A stretch of DNA of 63,868 nt, filler included, from Octopus bimaculoides (taxonomy: Eukaryota), in the NCBI RefSeq assembly GCF_001194135.2. It is 4 parts of 4 records of this genome, joined end to end, with 100 filler letters (N's around TTAATTAATTAA, not from the genome) between each part and the next. Parts side by side here need not be neighbours in the genome. Positions count along the whole stretch, not along the records: positions 1 to 15,489 come from NC_068986.1; 3 more parts are not named here. One strand, written 5' to 3'. The notes under the pieces are model-generated. The model saw nothing but the letters and a program-made list of their open reading frames with translations, did no database searches and was not told the origin of the DNA. Shown here piece after piece: positions 1-12,430 of the stretch. How positions within the stretch are numbered: position 1 is the first letter of the stretch; the number at the start of each line of letters is the position of its first letter. The translations under genes and the position numbers were made by a program.

Positions 1-1059
1 CAAATTTTTTTTTTTTATAGCATAAATGTGGTTATGGGGATAAAAATATTGAAAAACATCAATACCTGCGACAGTGAAAAAGGTTGTTGTAGGATGTGCT
101 AGAAACAACAGCTATATCTCCTTCAAATCACACACTTTTTCTTGTGGAAATATTAAAAAAAAAATTTTTCCCCAAAAAGGCTTCTTGCATCACTTTTAAG
201 TGCGTACTACAAAAAACATTGGCTAAAATTGGTCTGGATGGGGGGGGGTAAGGAAGGGAAAGGAGGGAGGTGAGAAAAAATTGGGGAAAAAGAAATTGGA
301 AAAATCACCATCGAAATGGAGAAAATCCAACATGTAAGTGTTCTGATCCAAAACTCCACCATTATTGAAATTAGTCATTACTCATTTTGCCCCAATTTAG
401 ACATCATTTTTTGAGAATAGAAAATTATCAAATTAGACATTAATATGGGGAAAAATTGACATGGAATCCAACAGAGGAAACAATTTCAATTGTTAAACAC
501 TAAAAATTATCCAGATATTTTATTAGCAACCTCAAATTACAATGTTTTTAGTTGTTGTGAGATGTAATTTTATAACTAAAGCTAAATTCAAAATTTATAT
601 TTTAGAACATTTCTTACTTGTTCGTGGGTAAATTAAGACCAGTTTTCGATGCCTCAAATAAATAATGAAGTTTACAAGTGTCAATATATGTATGTTCATG
701 TGTGTGTTTGTGTATTTGTGTGTGTGTATGTATGTGTGTGTGTGTGTGTGTGCATTTAATTCAAAGGTTATTGCTCAGTTATGTATTGAAAAAATAAATT
801 TGAACTTCTTTCTATCTATTCATACTTACACACAAGCACACATACACATAAACACACACACATACACTATCTCTCACACATACATACATACATACATACT
901 TACAGACATGCATCAATTATAATATGCTTTCGGTTTTATTGCTTGCTGTGTAGTGGCTAAGTGCTAGGCTCAATGCAATGCCAGCCAAAGTCCCCTAGGA
1001 AAATGAACAGGAGACAGTCTTCTTGAGGGTATGTCTGTGTGTGCCTAGCGTTCAATATA

Positions 1060-1530
1060 CACATAATTTTTCATGTCTGGCCGTATAGCCTTTTCCGTTT
1101 GTTTTCCTGTCTTGTTTTCTGTCCGCCACTACATTCCTCCATGGTACGAATTTAATTTGTGTTCCGTGGGAAGAGCCATTTTAACGATGCGTCCTGCCCT
1201 AACTCTTCGAAACACCTGTGTTGGAATGGTGGCAGCTGATGAAGGAAAATGTTCTCTATGTGGCCTGTGTGTTTTCTGTAATCTGGTTATTATCATTTTT
1301 TTGCCTACGTTTTGTTTGCAACGTCCTGTACCCAGATATGCACCTATATATACAGGTAGATGCAGGTATGCACATACTTGTACGTATATATGCATATACT
1401 CATTTATTATTTGTTTTATATATATATATGTATATGCATGTGTATTTATATATATATGTATATATGCATTAATATATATAAATTTAGTTACACTTTATCA
1501 CCACTGATTAGCTATCTACTGTATCATATA
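1060..1530 (+). mobile_element. Interspersed repeat, probably Penelope-like terminal region (partial)
   Basis: Shares the block CGTCCTGTACCC(A/G)GATATGCA(C/T)CTATATATACA..TAGATG.AGGTATG with 60840-61275, which carries a hammerhead-like core. Family assignment is inferred. Confidence 0.45.
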
Positions 1531-1759
1531 TTTTGATTTTTATTCTTTCTCTAAGACTTCAGATATTTTCTTTGAAAGCTAAGTTTATTTCAGGGGCCTC
1601 TTACATACTAGCATGGACCCCCATATATGGACTCTAATGTCTGAGGGGGCCCACTTGCCATTGGGCAAGCTGACAACCTGGCCAGTCTGCCACTGACCAA
1701 GCATGCATGATTCAAAGAAAAGGTTGGCCAACAACACCTGTTGAAATAGAGACTATATG

Positions 1760-4480
1760 ACAAGAATGAATGAGGAGACATTGGGTGACAAGAAAATGTC
1801 AAACAATTGGAAACATTCTACATGTTGAAGTGTTAAATGAAAGCAGCATGAACTGTACAGAAAGGAATGAAGTTGACATGGAAGTGGAAAATTCAAACAA
1901 TATAAGCAATGATATTGGGATTGACAAAATTATTTGATGGAAATGTGCAAATGACATGGCCATGGAAAATTTGTAATACTTGAAGATTTAGTATGTAAAA
2001 AGCTAAATATTTTGATATGATTAAAAGAAATTTTACATTATTCAAAAAGCACAAAGCTCATAAATTTGAGATATTGTACATTAAAAGAGAAAAACTCCTT
2101 ACTGAAATGGAAAATGTTGGAATGAAAAATATTAAAGCATCTTACAAATTTAAACATTACTGATGTCTATCATTTAATATGTTGCTGTGGTATCTACCAG
2201 TGAAAGTTTAGGTGTAAAACATGCAGAGAAGAAAGATCTACGGTAGAATCCCTGCCTCTTACAAAAAAAAATAAAAAAACACACAACTCAGATTGAAGGT
2301 AATATAAAGATACTTAGAACACAACATGTCTTACTTGAATGTAAGTACAATTTGTTGTACTCACATTCAAGTAATACCTGTTGTGTTCTAATATGTGAAA
2401 GCATATTTCAGTGATAGAAAGCAATCAAGCAAAGAGAATGTGCAAAATCAACCAAGGTAAAGCTGGGCAACTAAGTTTGATCCCCAACAAACTTTTGGAT
2501 CACTTCTGACACAGTTTTTCTGTAACATTTGAGGAGATACAATGGAAGCATTAACATCAAATTCAGGGGAAGCAATAGAATTCTGGACAAGATTTTGGCA
2601 GTGCTTGATAACATATAACAAAAATCAAGATGGCTAAAATGGAACTAAGCAGTGCTGAGAAACAAAAACCAGTCTCTACAACTAGCATTACACACTAGAA
2701 AACAAACTTAATGGTAAACATAAAATTACTGGGAAGTGTAGCAGTTGATAGAAGTAGCTTCCAAGGTGATTCTCCTCCTTGTTATTTGTCATAGCACTAA
2801 TAAAACTTAGAAAAGTCAATATGAGTTATGAGCTAGAAAGAAATTCATCCTCAGTAAATCATCTATTCTTCATGACTAATTTAAAGTACTGCTAGTGTAA
2901 TCAGCAAGTGGAGAATATTAATTTTACTGTAGCAGGTTGAAAAGTGGTAGTTCAGAAAGAATATAAGCAATGTCATGATATGGTTTATCTCAACCTATAT
3001 GGGTCACTTTGTAAAAGAAATATGTATTCTTTGGCATACAAACTCATTTTGAAAGTAGTCATTCATTTGGATTGTATTTGTCACTTTCACCTGCCTTTCA
3101 GTAAATTTACTTGAAGTAGCACCTCCTTCTCTACCCCCATATTTCTCTTCATGTAGTACTCCTAACTTTTGCTCAAGATCTTATGGTACATTTTATCAAA
3201 GAGTCATTGTACAAATATGTTGATGTGTTGATATATTGACATATTGGTAAGATAATTTAAAATAGCTTCCTTACATCATATATTTGTAGGGAAGATATAG
3301 CATCTGAGAAATTGATTCCAGTATATTAATAGCACTCATTTTAGTAACATGTGGGAATTTCATTAATGATTTTGTCTTCGGTGCCTTTCCTTTGACAGTC
3401 TATGGCTACATACAAATGGCTTGTTTAGTAGCTGACCAGTGGTTGTGACACAGCTAAAGTCAACTAGATGCAGGAACTTAAACCATTCAACTTTGGCTAC
3501 TGAATTCGTTGACCGTTATAACATACTATCAGTGCTGGCACTCATAACATCTCTCACAGACACTTATGAAGTGATATACTTGGTGTAAATTTCTTTTTTC
3601 TGTCATTTGTCTCAATGACAACATATTTTGTTAAAGCTAAGATATTTTTGTATTTAGACAGATTTTTGTTCTATCAGCTAGTCAAAAATTCCTTCATTAT
3701 ATGTGTTTAGACTGTGACATTCAAGCCTTTTTATAGGATAACTAGAATGACTTGGAATTGAAATTGGTTTTCATAGGCCAAAATTTGGAAGAGAAGTATA
3801 CAATAATCTATTAAATCATTGGAGTATAATGTGATCATGTAATTTAATCAATTCCTGTGGGGTGAAACAGAAAGCCAAATTTTCTTCTCAGAGGAAAATA
3901 GAAAAAAAATTAAATATATCAAGTAGAATCCTTAATGTATACAGCTGTTTATGTAATAACTGATGAAGCTTGCATTAAACTCAAGCAGAACAAAACAAAA
4001 TACCAAACAGATCAACATACATCAAAAGGGGAAATATAAAAAGAAATTATTGAAGAAGAAATTCAAAAGAAATATGACAAATTTTGAAAATAGCAGATAG
4101 AAAAAAAATAGCCATACACAAATTAAAAAAAATATAAATATATAAATATATAAAAATATATATCAAAGAGGGGAAAAACCTCTTGAAAAAACCAAGAGAA
4201 AAATTGCTGTAATAAATGATGGCAAAATCTGAACAGTTTGTGGAAAGAAAGAAACAATTTCTGAAAAATAATATTCAAAGAGAGTGAAACAGGATTCTAT
4301 AAGGAACTAAATAGAAAGAAAAACCAAATAGAATAACATTATTAAAAGAATTATAAGGACAAGAAATCCCTAAGAAAGAAATATTTCAAAAGAAATGAAT
4401 TAATTAATAAAATTACTATGAAAATGTCTGAAGCATAAAACAAAGGAAATATATAATGAGCAAACATAACAAGGGAAGAA
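1760..4480. mobile_element. Cluster of heavily decayed RLE-type (R4/NeSL-like) non-LTR retrotransposon fragments in both orientations
   Basis: Plus strand about 2750-2880 translates to remnants FQGDS and VNHLFFMTNLK (RT motifs GIFQGDSLSP and NHLLFMDDLK). Minus strand about 3100-3420 gives YMKRNMG and SAIN-like post-RT remnants. Plus strand 3960-4330 resembles the pre-RT region (..GFYKELNR). Many stops and frameshifts. Confidence 0.6.
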
Positions 4481-4829
4481 AAGCTGCAACTGTAAAAAGG
4501 CAATTGAAACTTCAGAACTTTTTGGGTTAAGCACTTCTTGTCTCGTTTTTCAGTTAAGCATTACACAACTTTTCTGAAACACTTGTTCTGCTAGAAATAG
4601 CAACTAAATTTCCCTTAAATTACACCATAGAATCTTAAAAGGATATTTTAAAAAAAAGTCAGGATATGAAATACTTTTGATTATAATTCTGCTCAAACTG
4701 GGCTAACCTGTAACTAAACAATGATAATACAGGACTGGACTGTTTTGCTGTCCAAAACCAACACTGTTGTCAAATAGCACTCATTTAGCAGAAATAAAAA
4801 AAAGTAGTATGTATTGGACAATTTGCAGT

Positions 4830-5050
4830 CCACCATCACTCACAAGTGAGTATAGCTTGATAGCATGCTCCATGCTTTGGTTTCACAACAAACATAGATA
4901 TCTTCTTGACTCTATCATTCTGACACAGCAGAACATTCAAGATGTGTCAGCTGGAGGAAGAGAGCGCTCAGCTGATATTCATTACAGCTGAGTAGACTTG
5001 AGCAACAAGAACTGAAGTGATTTGCTGAATCGACAGCCACCTATTCACCT
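4830..5050 (-). mobile_element. Degenerate SINE fragment
   Basis: ACAGCTGAGTAGACTTGAGCAAC..TGAAGTGATTTGCT resembles 62080-62130 and 51590-51625. Confidence 0.5.
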
Positions 5051-5112
5051 ACCAATCTGGTAGACACACTAGTCAAATTGATTACATCCTCACCAGAAAA
5101 TGGGAACGATGG

Positions 5113-8100
5113 CTACTTATAAATGCCAAAACCTTTCCAGATGAAGAATGCATCCCATAACATAGATTAGTAGTTAGTGACTTCAGGATCAGGGCTAAAT
5201 GGATGCCCAGAAGACAACCAGCATGGAGTAGAAGGGTTTGGAAGTTTAAGGATCCTGTGAATGAACAGAGATTTAAGAGACGTATTACTCAAAGCTTTTG
5301 AGAAAATAGAGGGGAATTTAGCATCACATGACGTGGAAGATAACTGGAGGTTTCTATGGGACAACATGTTGGAGGGTTACTGACCAGATCTGTGGATGGT
5401 GCAAAGTCCCCTCTTGACCCAAGGTAACGTGGTGGTGGAACAATGTAGTTGACAGGGCCATTAGGGGGAAAAAAAAAACAGACATGGAAGGACTGGAGGA
5501 ACGGTGGTAGTAGGGAATTGTATCAGATTGCCAGAACGGAAGCTAGGAGACAGGTTTACTTAGCCAGAGGGGAAGCAGATAAGAAAAAGTTTGCCAATGT
5601 TCTGCATCGTAAGGACCAAAGACTTGAAGTGTTTTGTGTTGCAAGACAGTATGTGAGAGAGAACCATGATGTCATAGGAGAGAAACGTGTCTGCATGGAT
5701 GATGGCTCACTTGCATTTAATGAGGCAGCAAAGAAAGAGACTTGGAGACGCCACTATGAAAGGTTGCTAAATGAAGAGAATGAATAGAAGAAAGAGAGTC
5801 TGTCAAAAGTTAACCCAACAGAGGGACCAGCTATCTGAATTGACAGTACCTTGGTACATAAAGCAATTTAGGGTACGAAGACAGGGAAAGCTCTTGGCCC
5901 ATCAGGAATCACTGCAGAGATGCTTAAAATATCTGGCAGTATTGGCTATAGTCTAGTCACCTGTATAGTTATTCAGATGATGCGTGAAGGAGTCATACCT
6001 AATGACTGGTGTAGCAGTACCTTAGTCAACTGCTACAAAGGTAAAGGTGATGCATTAGATACAAATAATTACAGAGGTATCAAATTGTAGGATCAGGTAA
6101 TGAAGGTCATGGAGAGGGTCATAACCCAACTAATTAGGAAGAGGGTCAGTCTAGATACGATGCAGTTTGGGTTCGTGCCAGAGAAAAGCACCACTGATGC
6201 TATATTTCTGGTAAGACAGCTGCAGGAGAAATACCAATCCAGAGATAAACCTCTGTACCTGGTTTTCATTGAGATGAAGAAAGTCTTTAACAAGGTCCCT
6301 TTATCTGGTGGTCAATGTAGGAACTAGGGATAGATGAGTGGTTAGTGTGAGCTGTACAAACCATGTACAGGGGTGCTGTCAGTAAAGTGAGGGTTGGCAA
6401 TGAGTACAGTGAAGAATTCCTGGTAGGAGTTGGGGTTCACCAAAGATCAGTCCTCAGCCCCTTCTTATTCATCATAGTCCTCCAGGCAATAACAGCAGAA
6501 TTCAAGATAGGATGCCCTTGCTCTAATAGCAGAGTCACTATCAGAACTAGAGGAGAAGTTTCAGGTGTGGAAGCAAGGTCTAGAATCGAAGGGCTTTAGA
6601 GTTAACTTAGCAAAAACCAAAGTTTTAATAAGTAGGAAGGCAGACAAACCACAAATCCCTTCGGGTAGATGGCCCTGCTCGATCTGTAGAAAAGGTGCAG
6701 GTATAAACTCCATCAGATGTACCCAATGTAAGCTATGGACACAAAAGGTGCAGCAATATCAAAGAAAGGCGAACCAAGAAGATAGTTTTTGTGTGTGGCA
6801 AATGCTCAGGACCAATAAACACTGAAAATGTGCAGAAAATAGTTTCCGTCACAGTCCAGTGGGAAAAACTACAAGTGGCTGATAGCTTCCGTTACATAGG
6901 TGACCAAGTCAGTAGCGAGGGTGGATACTCTGAGAGTGTAGCTGCTAGAATAAGAATAGCCTGGTCAAAGTTCAGAGAGCTCCTACCTCTGCTGGTAACA
7001 AAGGGATTCCTGCTCAGAGTAAAAGGTAGACTGTATGATGCATGTGTGTGAACAGCCATGCTACATGGCAGTAAAACATGGGCTGTGACTGCTGAGGACA
7101 TGCGTAAGCTTGCAAGGAACGATGCTAGTATGCTCCGCTGGATGTGTAATGTCAATGTACATACATGACAGAGTGTAAGCACCCTGAGAGAAAAGTTGGA
7201 CATAAGAGGTATCAGATGTGGTGTGCAAGAGAGGCAACTGCACTGGTATGGTCATGTGTTGTGTATGGATGAGGACAGTTGTGTGAAAAAGTGTCGCACC
7301 CTAGCAGTGGAGAAATGGAAGAGGTAGACCCAGGAAGATCTGGAATGAAGTGGTGAAGCACGACGTTTGAACGTTGGGCCTCACTGAGGCAATGACAAGT
7401 GACTGAGACCTTTGAAGATATGCTGTGCTTGAGAAGACCTGGCAAGCCAAGTGAGACCGTAACTGTAGCCTATGCCAGTGCAGCATAACCAGCTCATTTC
7501 AGAGTACCCTTCAAACATTGTGCAATAAACTGCGCTTGCAAAAACCTGCTGAGGCAAGTGAAGTCGGTGTCATGGCCGATGACAGTACTGCTTGACAAGC
7601 ACCTGTGTCGGTGGCACATAAAACAATATCATTCGAGCATGGTTGATGCCAGTACTGGCCTACTGGTCCTGTGCCAGTGGCATGTAAAAAGCACCATTTG
7701 AGCATGGCTGATGTCAGTGCTGGCTGATTGGTCCCATGCCGGTGGCACCTAAAAAGTACCATTTGAGCGTGGCCGATGCCAGTGGCACCTGACTGGTCCT
7801 GTGCTAGTGGCATGTAAAAAGCACCATTCGAGCATGATCATTGCCAGTACTGTCTGACTGCTCCCATGCTGGTGGCACATAAAAAGCACCATTTGATCAT
7901 GGTTGATTGCTGGCTGAGTGGTCCTGTGTTGGTGGCACATAAAAAGCACCATTCAAGTGTGGTCGATGCCAATACTGCCTAACTGGCCATCATGCTGGTG
8001 GCACGTACAAAGCACCCAATAAATTCTCAGAGTGGTTGGCATTAGGAAGGGCATCCAGCTGTAGAAACTTTGCCTGATTGGATTTGAGCCTGGTGCAGCC

Positions 8101-8185
8101 TTCTGGCTTGCTAGCCCTCAGTCAAACCATCCAGCTCATGCCAGCATGGAAAGCAGACATTAAACGACAATGATGATGATGATGA
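5113..8185 (+). mobile_element. 5'-truncated RTE-clade LINE, pseudogenised (end of APE domain, RT, 3' UTR, (GAT)n tail)
   Basis: Remnants: KTFPDEECIP*HRLVVSDF (APE end), QFGFVPEKSTTDAIFLVRQLQEKY, GVGVHQRSVLSPFLF, LRVKGRLYDACV. The 3' end reads AGGAAGGGCATCCAGCTGTAGAAAC...TAAACGACAATGATGATGATGA. Many stops and frameshifts. Confidence 0.95.
7600..8015 (+). repeat. About 65-bp tandem repeat in the RTE 3' UTR
   Basis: The GGTGGCAYRTAAAAAGCACC motif recurs with its A-run near 7621, 7686, 7751, 7816, 7881, 7941 and 8007. Confidence 0.9.
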
Positions 8186-8394
8186 GCCTATTATGGGAAG
8201 ACAAGAGACTCCAAGGGCACACCACAAGTAAACCCCAACCAAGATTGCACATACCTAAGTACCTGGCCCAAGAGAACACACAACAGAGGAAAATGCCATA
8301 GCAAGGGGGTACTTACTGTGAGAACACCACAGATCCAAGTAGATCTGGACCCAGTACCCTAAGCTATACTAACAAAGTATAGATCCTAAGTCCC

Positions 8395-8810
8395 ACTCCT
8401 GGAATGTAACTTCGGTGCTCCTGTGGATTACCCACTAGACAAGCAATGCACAATGCATTCATACAAATGTAGCATATAGATGTGAGGTATTAACACACAG
8501 TAGTAGTAAATATTACATAAGCACCATTAACTCCATGAAACAACACATTTCTATGTATAAGTACTCTTTCTCCACCTCAAAACTTAAGCTCCCTACTTTA
8601 CAAGCTGAATATATCCATAATTTGGATGATAATACAATTAGCTATATACTAGCATGGCCAGTGCTGGAACACACCATACCGTTTTATACTATACCATACC
8701 ATGGAGATAGATACCCATGTGGGTTATATACCAGAGAATGATTGAATATTGCATTACCTAACGATAGACACCTTCTAAATAAACATAGTGAATTAGGGAT
8801 CTGTTGCACA
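8395..8810 (+). mobile_element. Penelope-like element GIY-YIG endonuclease C-terminal fragment (decayed)
   Basis: Reads ECNFGAPVDYPLDKQC (frameshift from a 7-nt CAATGCA duplication) IHTNVAYRCEVLTHSSSKYYIST...YKYSF...CGLYTRE*LNIALPNDRHLLNKHSEL. This matches the PLE pattern CNC..CPL.G.C..VVY..YIG..H..SF..C.LC..EK..LLNKRSE. Confidence 0.75.
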
Positions 8811-9015
8811 ACTGAAAGACTAGAACTTTCTGAAATTACTGGACTAGGAACTACCAAAATTACAAGGAGATACGCTTGTACACTGCTGGCCTTACAATTG
8901 ACAAATGGATAATAGCCATGCTAGTCTCATGTTTTTGTACACTTAGTATGATTTAGCAAAACCCTCTACATGATTGTAAACTCATGTATGAACTCTTTCT
9001 CATCATATCTACAAA

Positions 9016-9064
<49 letters not shown>

Positions 9065-9224
9065 NNNNNNNNNNNNNNNNNNNNNNNNNNNNNNNNNNNN
9101 NNNNNNNNNNNNNNNNNNNNNNNNNNNNNNNNNNNNNNNNNNNNNNNNNNNNNNNNNNNNNNNNNNNNNNNNNNNNNNNNNNNNNNNNNNNNNNNNNNNN
9201 NNNNNNNNNNNNNNNNNNATATAT

Positions 9225-9317
9225 AAAGATTTGTTCGATTTGTTCAACTAAAATTCTTCAAGGTGGTGCCCCAGCATAGCCACAGTCAAATGACTGAAAC
9301 AAGTAAAAGGTAAAAGA
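9225..9317 (+). mobile_element. SINE family B 3' tail
   Basis: AAGGTGGTGCCCCAGCATAGCCACAGTCAAATGACTGAAACAAGTAAAAG. Confidence 0.8.
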
Positions 9318-9319
9318 TC

Positions 9320-10600
9320 CTTGTTATGCAGATTACCTACGACATAAATGGAGTGGCAGAATATATGGTAACAGGGATAGTATGATGGAGTAAATAGAAG
9401 ATAGTCAACACAAGGTAAGTGGTGGAAGGCACACCCACATCTGTTTTCCTGGCTGCTTTTTCTTTAGTTGTCGCCTCTTGTGATTAGGTTCACAACTCCA
9501 TTTGTTCTTTTGAGAGACACTGTCTGAAACTGTTCTCTTGCGAGACAGCGTCTGAAACTCCATGACTTCTTCAGACGGTGTCTCTATAACCTTCTCTGGC
9601 TTCTTTATGTTTCTCTCCTCTTCCTTTTGTTCCTTGCTGCTCATGGTAGCCCTTTGAGTAATGGCCTCCTTGGCTGGGGCTACCACCTCTTTTTCTTCTT
9701 CCACCTTTTTTCCTTCATTGGGGGCTTCCTCCCCTTCGGTCTCCTCCTGGGGAGGCAAGCACTTAGATCTCTGGTGCCCCTTCTTTCCACACCTGAAGTA
9801 CTGTGGCTTTCTCCCCTCCACATTTGCTATTAGTACAGTCTCCTCCCCGACATGAATTCTGTCAGGGAAACTTTCGAGGTCTCTAGAAGTAGCCTGTGCT
9901 AGTATTTCCAGAGTCTGCCCCTTCTAGTTCTGTGTGGCATATCTGGAAATCTGGATAATGTTAATTTTATCTTCCCTTTGGAAGAGTAGTGTGGCCACAA
10001 CCCATGTGGCCACTACTTCTGGCGGAATTCCATTAATTCATATTCGGGACATTCTGCATCCCAGATATAATGGTAACAGTGCCATTTCCTCGTTCTGCAA
10101 GGTTCGAGTCGAGTATTGGTGGGCCTTCTCCACTGACTCGAACCCTGTCTCCACCACTGCATAGTTGGTGTCTCAGGTCAGATATGAAATTTCCTTCATC
10201 ACTGGCCCAAGGCATTTTTGAATTTGTTTTTCATCAAAATGAACAATCTTTTTGTTGACTATGTCATACGTTTTGTACACAATGGTTTTTTTCTTTCTTT
10301 TTGTTAATTATCTCACTTGGGGGAGCAATTTTGCTTTCCCCTCTATCCCCATCTTCGAAAATCATTCCAAAAAAAGACTGTATTTCTGCTTTTTCAAATT
10401 GAATATTTTCTTGTTGCATTCCCACAATGGAGGTAATTCTCTCCCACCAGGGGAGGATAACAGCTCAACAATGGTTTTTCAAAAAAATCCCTTTCAACAA
10501 CATTCCCCTTACGGGAAACCAACACAAAACAAATTAACAGAGTCTGCAAGCAGGTAACAAGATTTCACAAACTCATGATACCAACAGTGTAAATCCAAAC
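9320..10600 (-). mobile_element. L1/Tx1-like ORF1 element, copy C (decayed gag-like ORF with zinc knuckle)
   Basis: ATG at 10419. Reads KIAPPSEIINKK/TIVYKTY...INGIPPEV...VEGRKPQYFRCGKKGHQRSKC, followed by a Glu/Lys-rich tail to 9405. Clearly homologous to the 11375-11926 ORF. The 3' end is cut off near the SINE tail. Confidence 0.8.
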
Positions 10601-10614
10601 AGAGTTGATTGGAA

Positions 10615-12430
10615 CATATTTCTTTATTAGCCATTGAGGGCTCAACATAGAAGGGACAGTATAAGGACAGACAACGCAAAGTGGGGACATAAAACATAGC
10701 CAATGAATGAAAATGAATTATAAATAAATGTGGTGCAATGGCTACTTGAATCCTACTCTCAAGTAGTACCATTTAACTGTTCTTTATCAAAATTTTTATC
10801 AGTTATTTTTTATATAATATTAAAACTTACATTATTTTACCATCATAGTCCATGACTGGAGGTAGGGCATCATACTCCACCTCTGCTCCTAATGGGTCAC
10901 TGTTTGACCTGAACAATTCCCTTAATTTAGCATATCTTTCCTTGTCTATTAGTACACAGTTAGTATTTTCTGTATATTTCTCAGCCGGCAAAGTCATTCT
11001 GATCATCGATTTCAACTTGGTGATTTTTTGTTCAATTGCCGGGCTTTTTGTGTACGTCATAATATATGCTTTATTTTTACAGGAACTTTTGAGGGACTGT
11101 GTGTTATGCCTGTCTGTGTTTGTTTGTCTACGAGGTGAACTCGAACTATCTGGGGCGGTTTCCTTTTTTTTGGTGTTACTGGTGGTGATGTATGCTGTGT
11201 GAGTGTATCTTGAGTGTTATGCATTTGCTGTAGAATGTCTTTTGTTTTATTATTCTTCCTCTTCTTAGTGATTTTCAGGGGTGTATTTACTGTTTCCTTT
11301 CTTTGACTTTTGGTTACTTTTGTAAATCTCTCCTCCTCTGTATCTTCCATACCCTTCTCCTGGGCTGGGACTGCTTATCTGGCGGCACAGTGGTAGCAGG
11401 TGGGTGGTCTTCCCTCTACTACCACTCTCAGCTTTATATCTTCAGGTAGCAACACCTCTTCTGGTATTTCATTCAGGTCTGGCTGGGTGGCCTGGATGAC
11501 CATTTCCAGGCCATGACCACAACAGTTCATTTTCTTTGTTCTTGCCACTTGTATTATCTTTGCGTCCTCTTGGGTTCCATACATAATGGCTGCTACCAGC
11601 GACACTTCTTCAATTTCAGGTGGTACCCTACCTATCGTAATTTTTGTGACTCTTTTGCCACAGTAGGTCAGCAGGAGCACCCATTCTTTTGATCTCAGTG
11701 GCATAGTGGAGTGATTTATTGCCTCTTCTTTGGTGGCAAACTTCACTTCCACTGTGCCATATCTTCTTCCTCTAGTGTAAAATGTTGCAACACTTTTTAC
11801 TTCTTCCAGACATTTCTTAATGGCTTCCTCTGCTGCTGTCTCAATCTCCTTCTTACTGGTTATGGATAGCGTTCTGTAAACCACTGTCCTCCTTGTTTTG
11901 TCGATTACTTCCTCTGGTGGGGTCAAGTTTAAGGTTGACCTTGCACTCTTGTACAGGTCCTTGTATCAGGATCAGGTCCTTGTATCAGGATCAGGTCCTT
12001 GTATCAGGATCAGGTCCTTGGATTAGGATCAGGTCCTTGCATCAGGATCAGGTCCTTGTATCAGGATCAGGTCCTTGTATCAGGATCAGGTNNNNNNNNN
12101 NGGATCAGGTCCTTGTATCAGGATCAGGTCCTTGGATTAGGATCAGGTCCTTGCATCAGGATCAGGTCCTTGTATCAGGATCAGGTCCTTGTATCAGGAT
12201 CAGGTCCTTGCATCAGGATCAGGTCCTTGGATTAGGATCAGGTCCTTGGATTAGGATCAGGTCCTTGTATCAGGATCAGATCCTTGTACTCTTCCAACTT
12301 TTGAGGTTCAATTATGACATCCCACATCTCCAGTGAATCCATCACGGTGGTATGGCTTCCAGCTGCCAAAGCATAGCTCCCAGCATGGGCTCATTCCAGT
12401 TCACAATTCATTTTTTCCTAGCCTCTTTGT
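10615..12430 (-). mobile_element. L1/Tx1-like ORF1-only element, copy A (5' UTR, ORF1 12342-10827 disrupted, 3' UTR, AATAAA)
   Basis: Reads MDSLEMWDVIIEPQKLEEYKDL [array] YKSARSTLNLTPPEEVIDKTRRTVVYR...VVVEGRPPTCYHC...YDALPPVMDYDGKIM*. AATAAA lies on the minus strand at 10628-10623, about 200 nt after the stop. No EN or RT sequence. Confidence 0.85.
11954..12276. repeat. 19-bp minisatellite, 17 units
   Basis: Unit ATCAGGTCCTTG(TATC/GATT/CATC)AGG. The span is 323 nt = 17 x 19, and phase is kept across the 10-N run. Confidence 0.97.

Noticed and set aside
1200-1250. Permuted (type-II) hammerhead CTTCGAAACAC..GTGTT..CTGATGAAG
   Set aside because: Stems II and III can be drawn but stem I does not pair.
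8940-8995. Hammerhead expected downstream of the GIY-YIG fragment
   Set aside because: Only a vague remnant (ATGATTG..ATGAACTC) is present and the core is not recoverable.
11954-12276. 19-bp array (and the 65-bp array at 7.6-8.0 kb) as a CRISPR array
   Set aside because: The units are contiguous with no unique spacers, there are no cas genes, and the context is eukaryotic.
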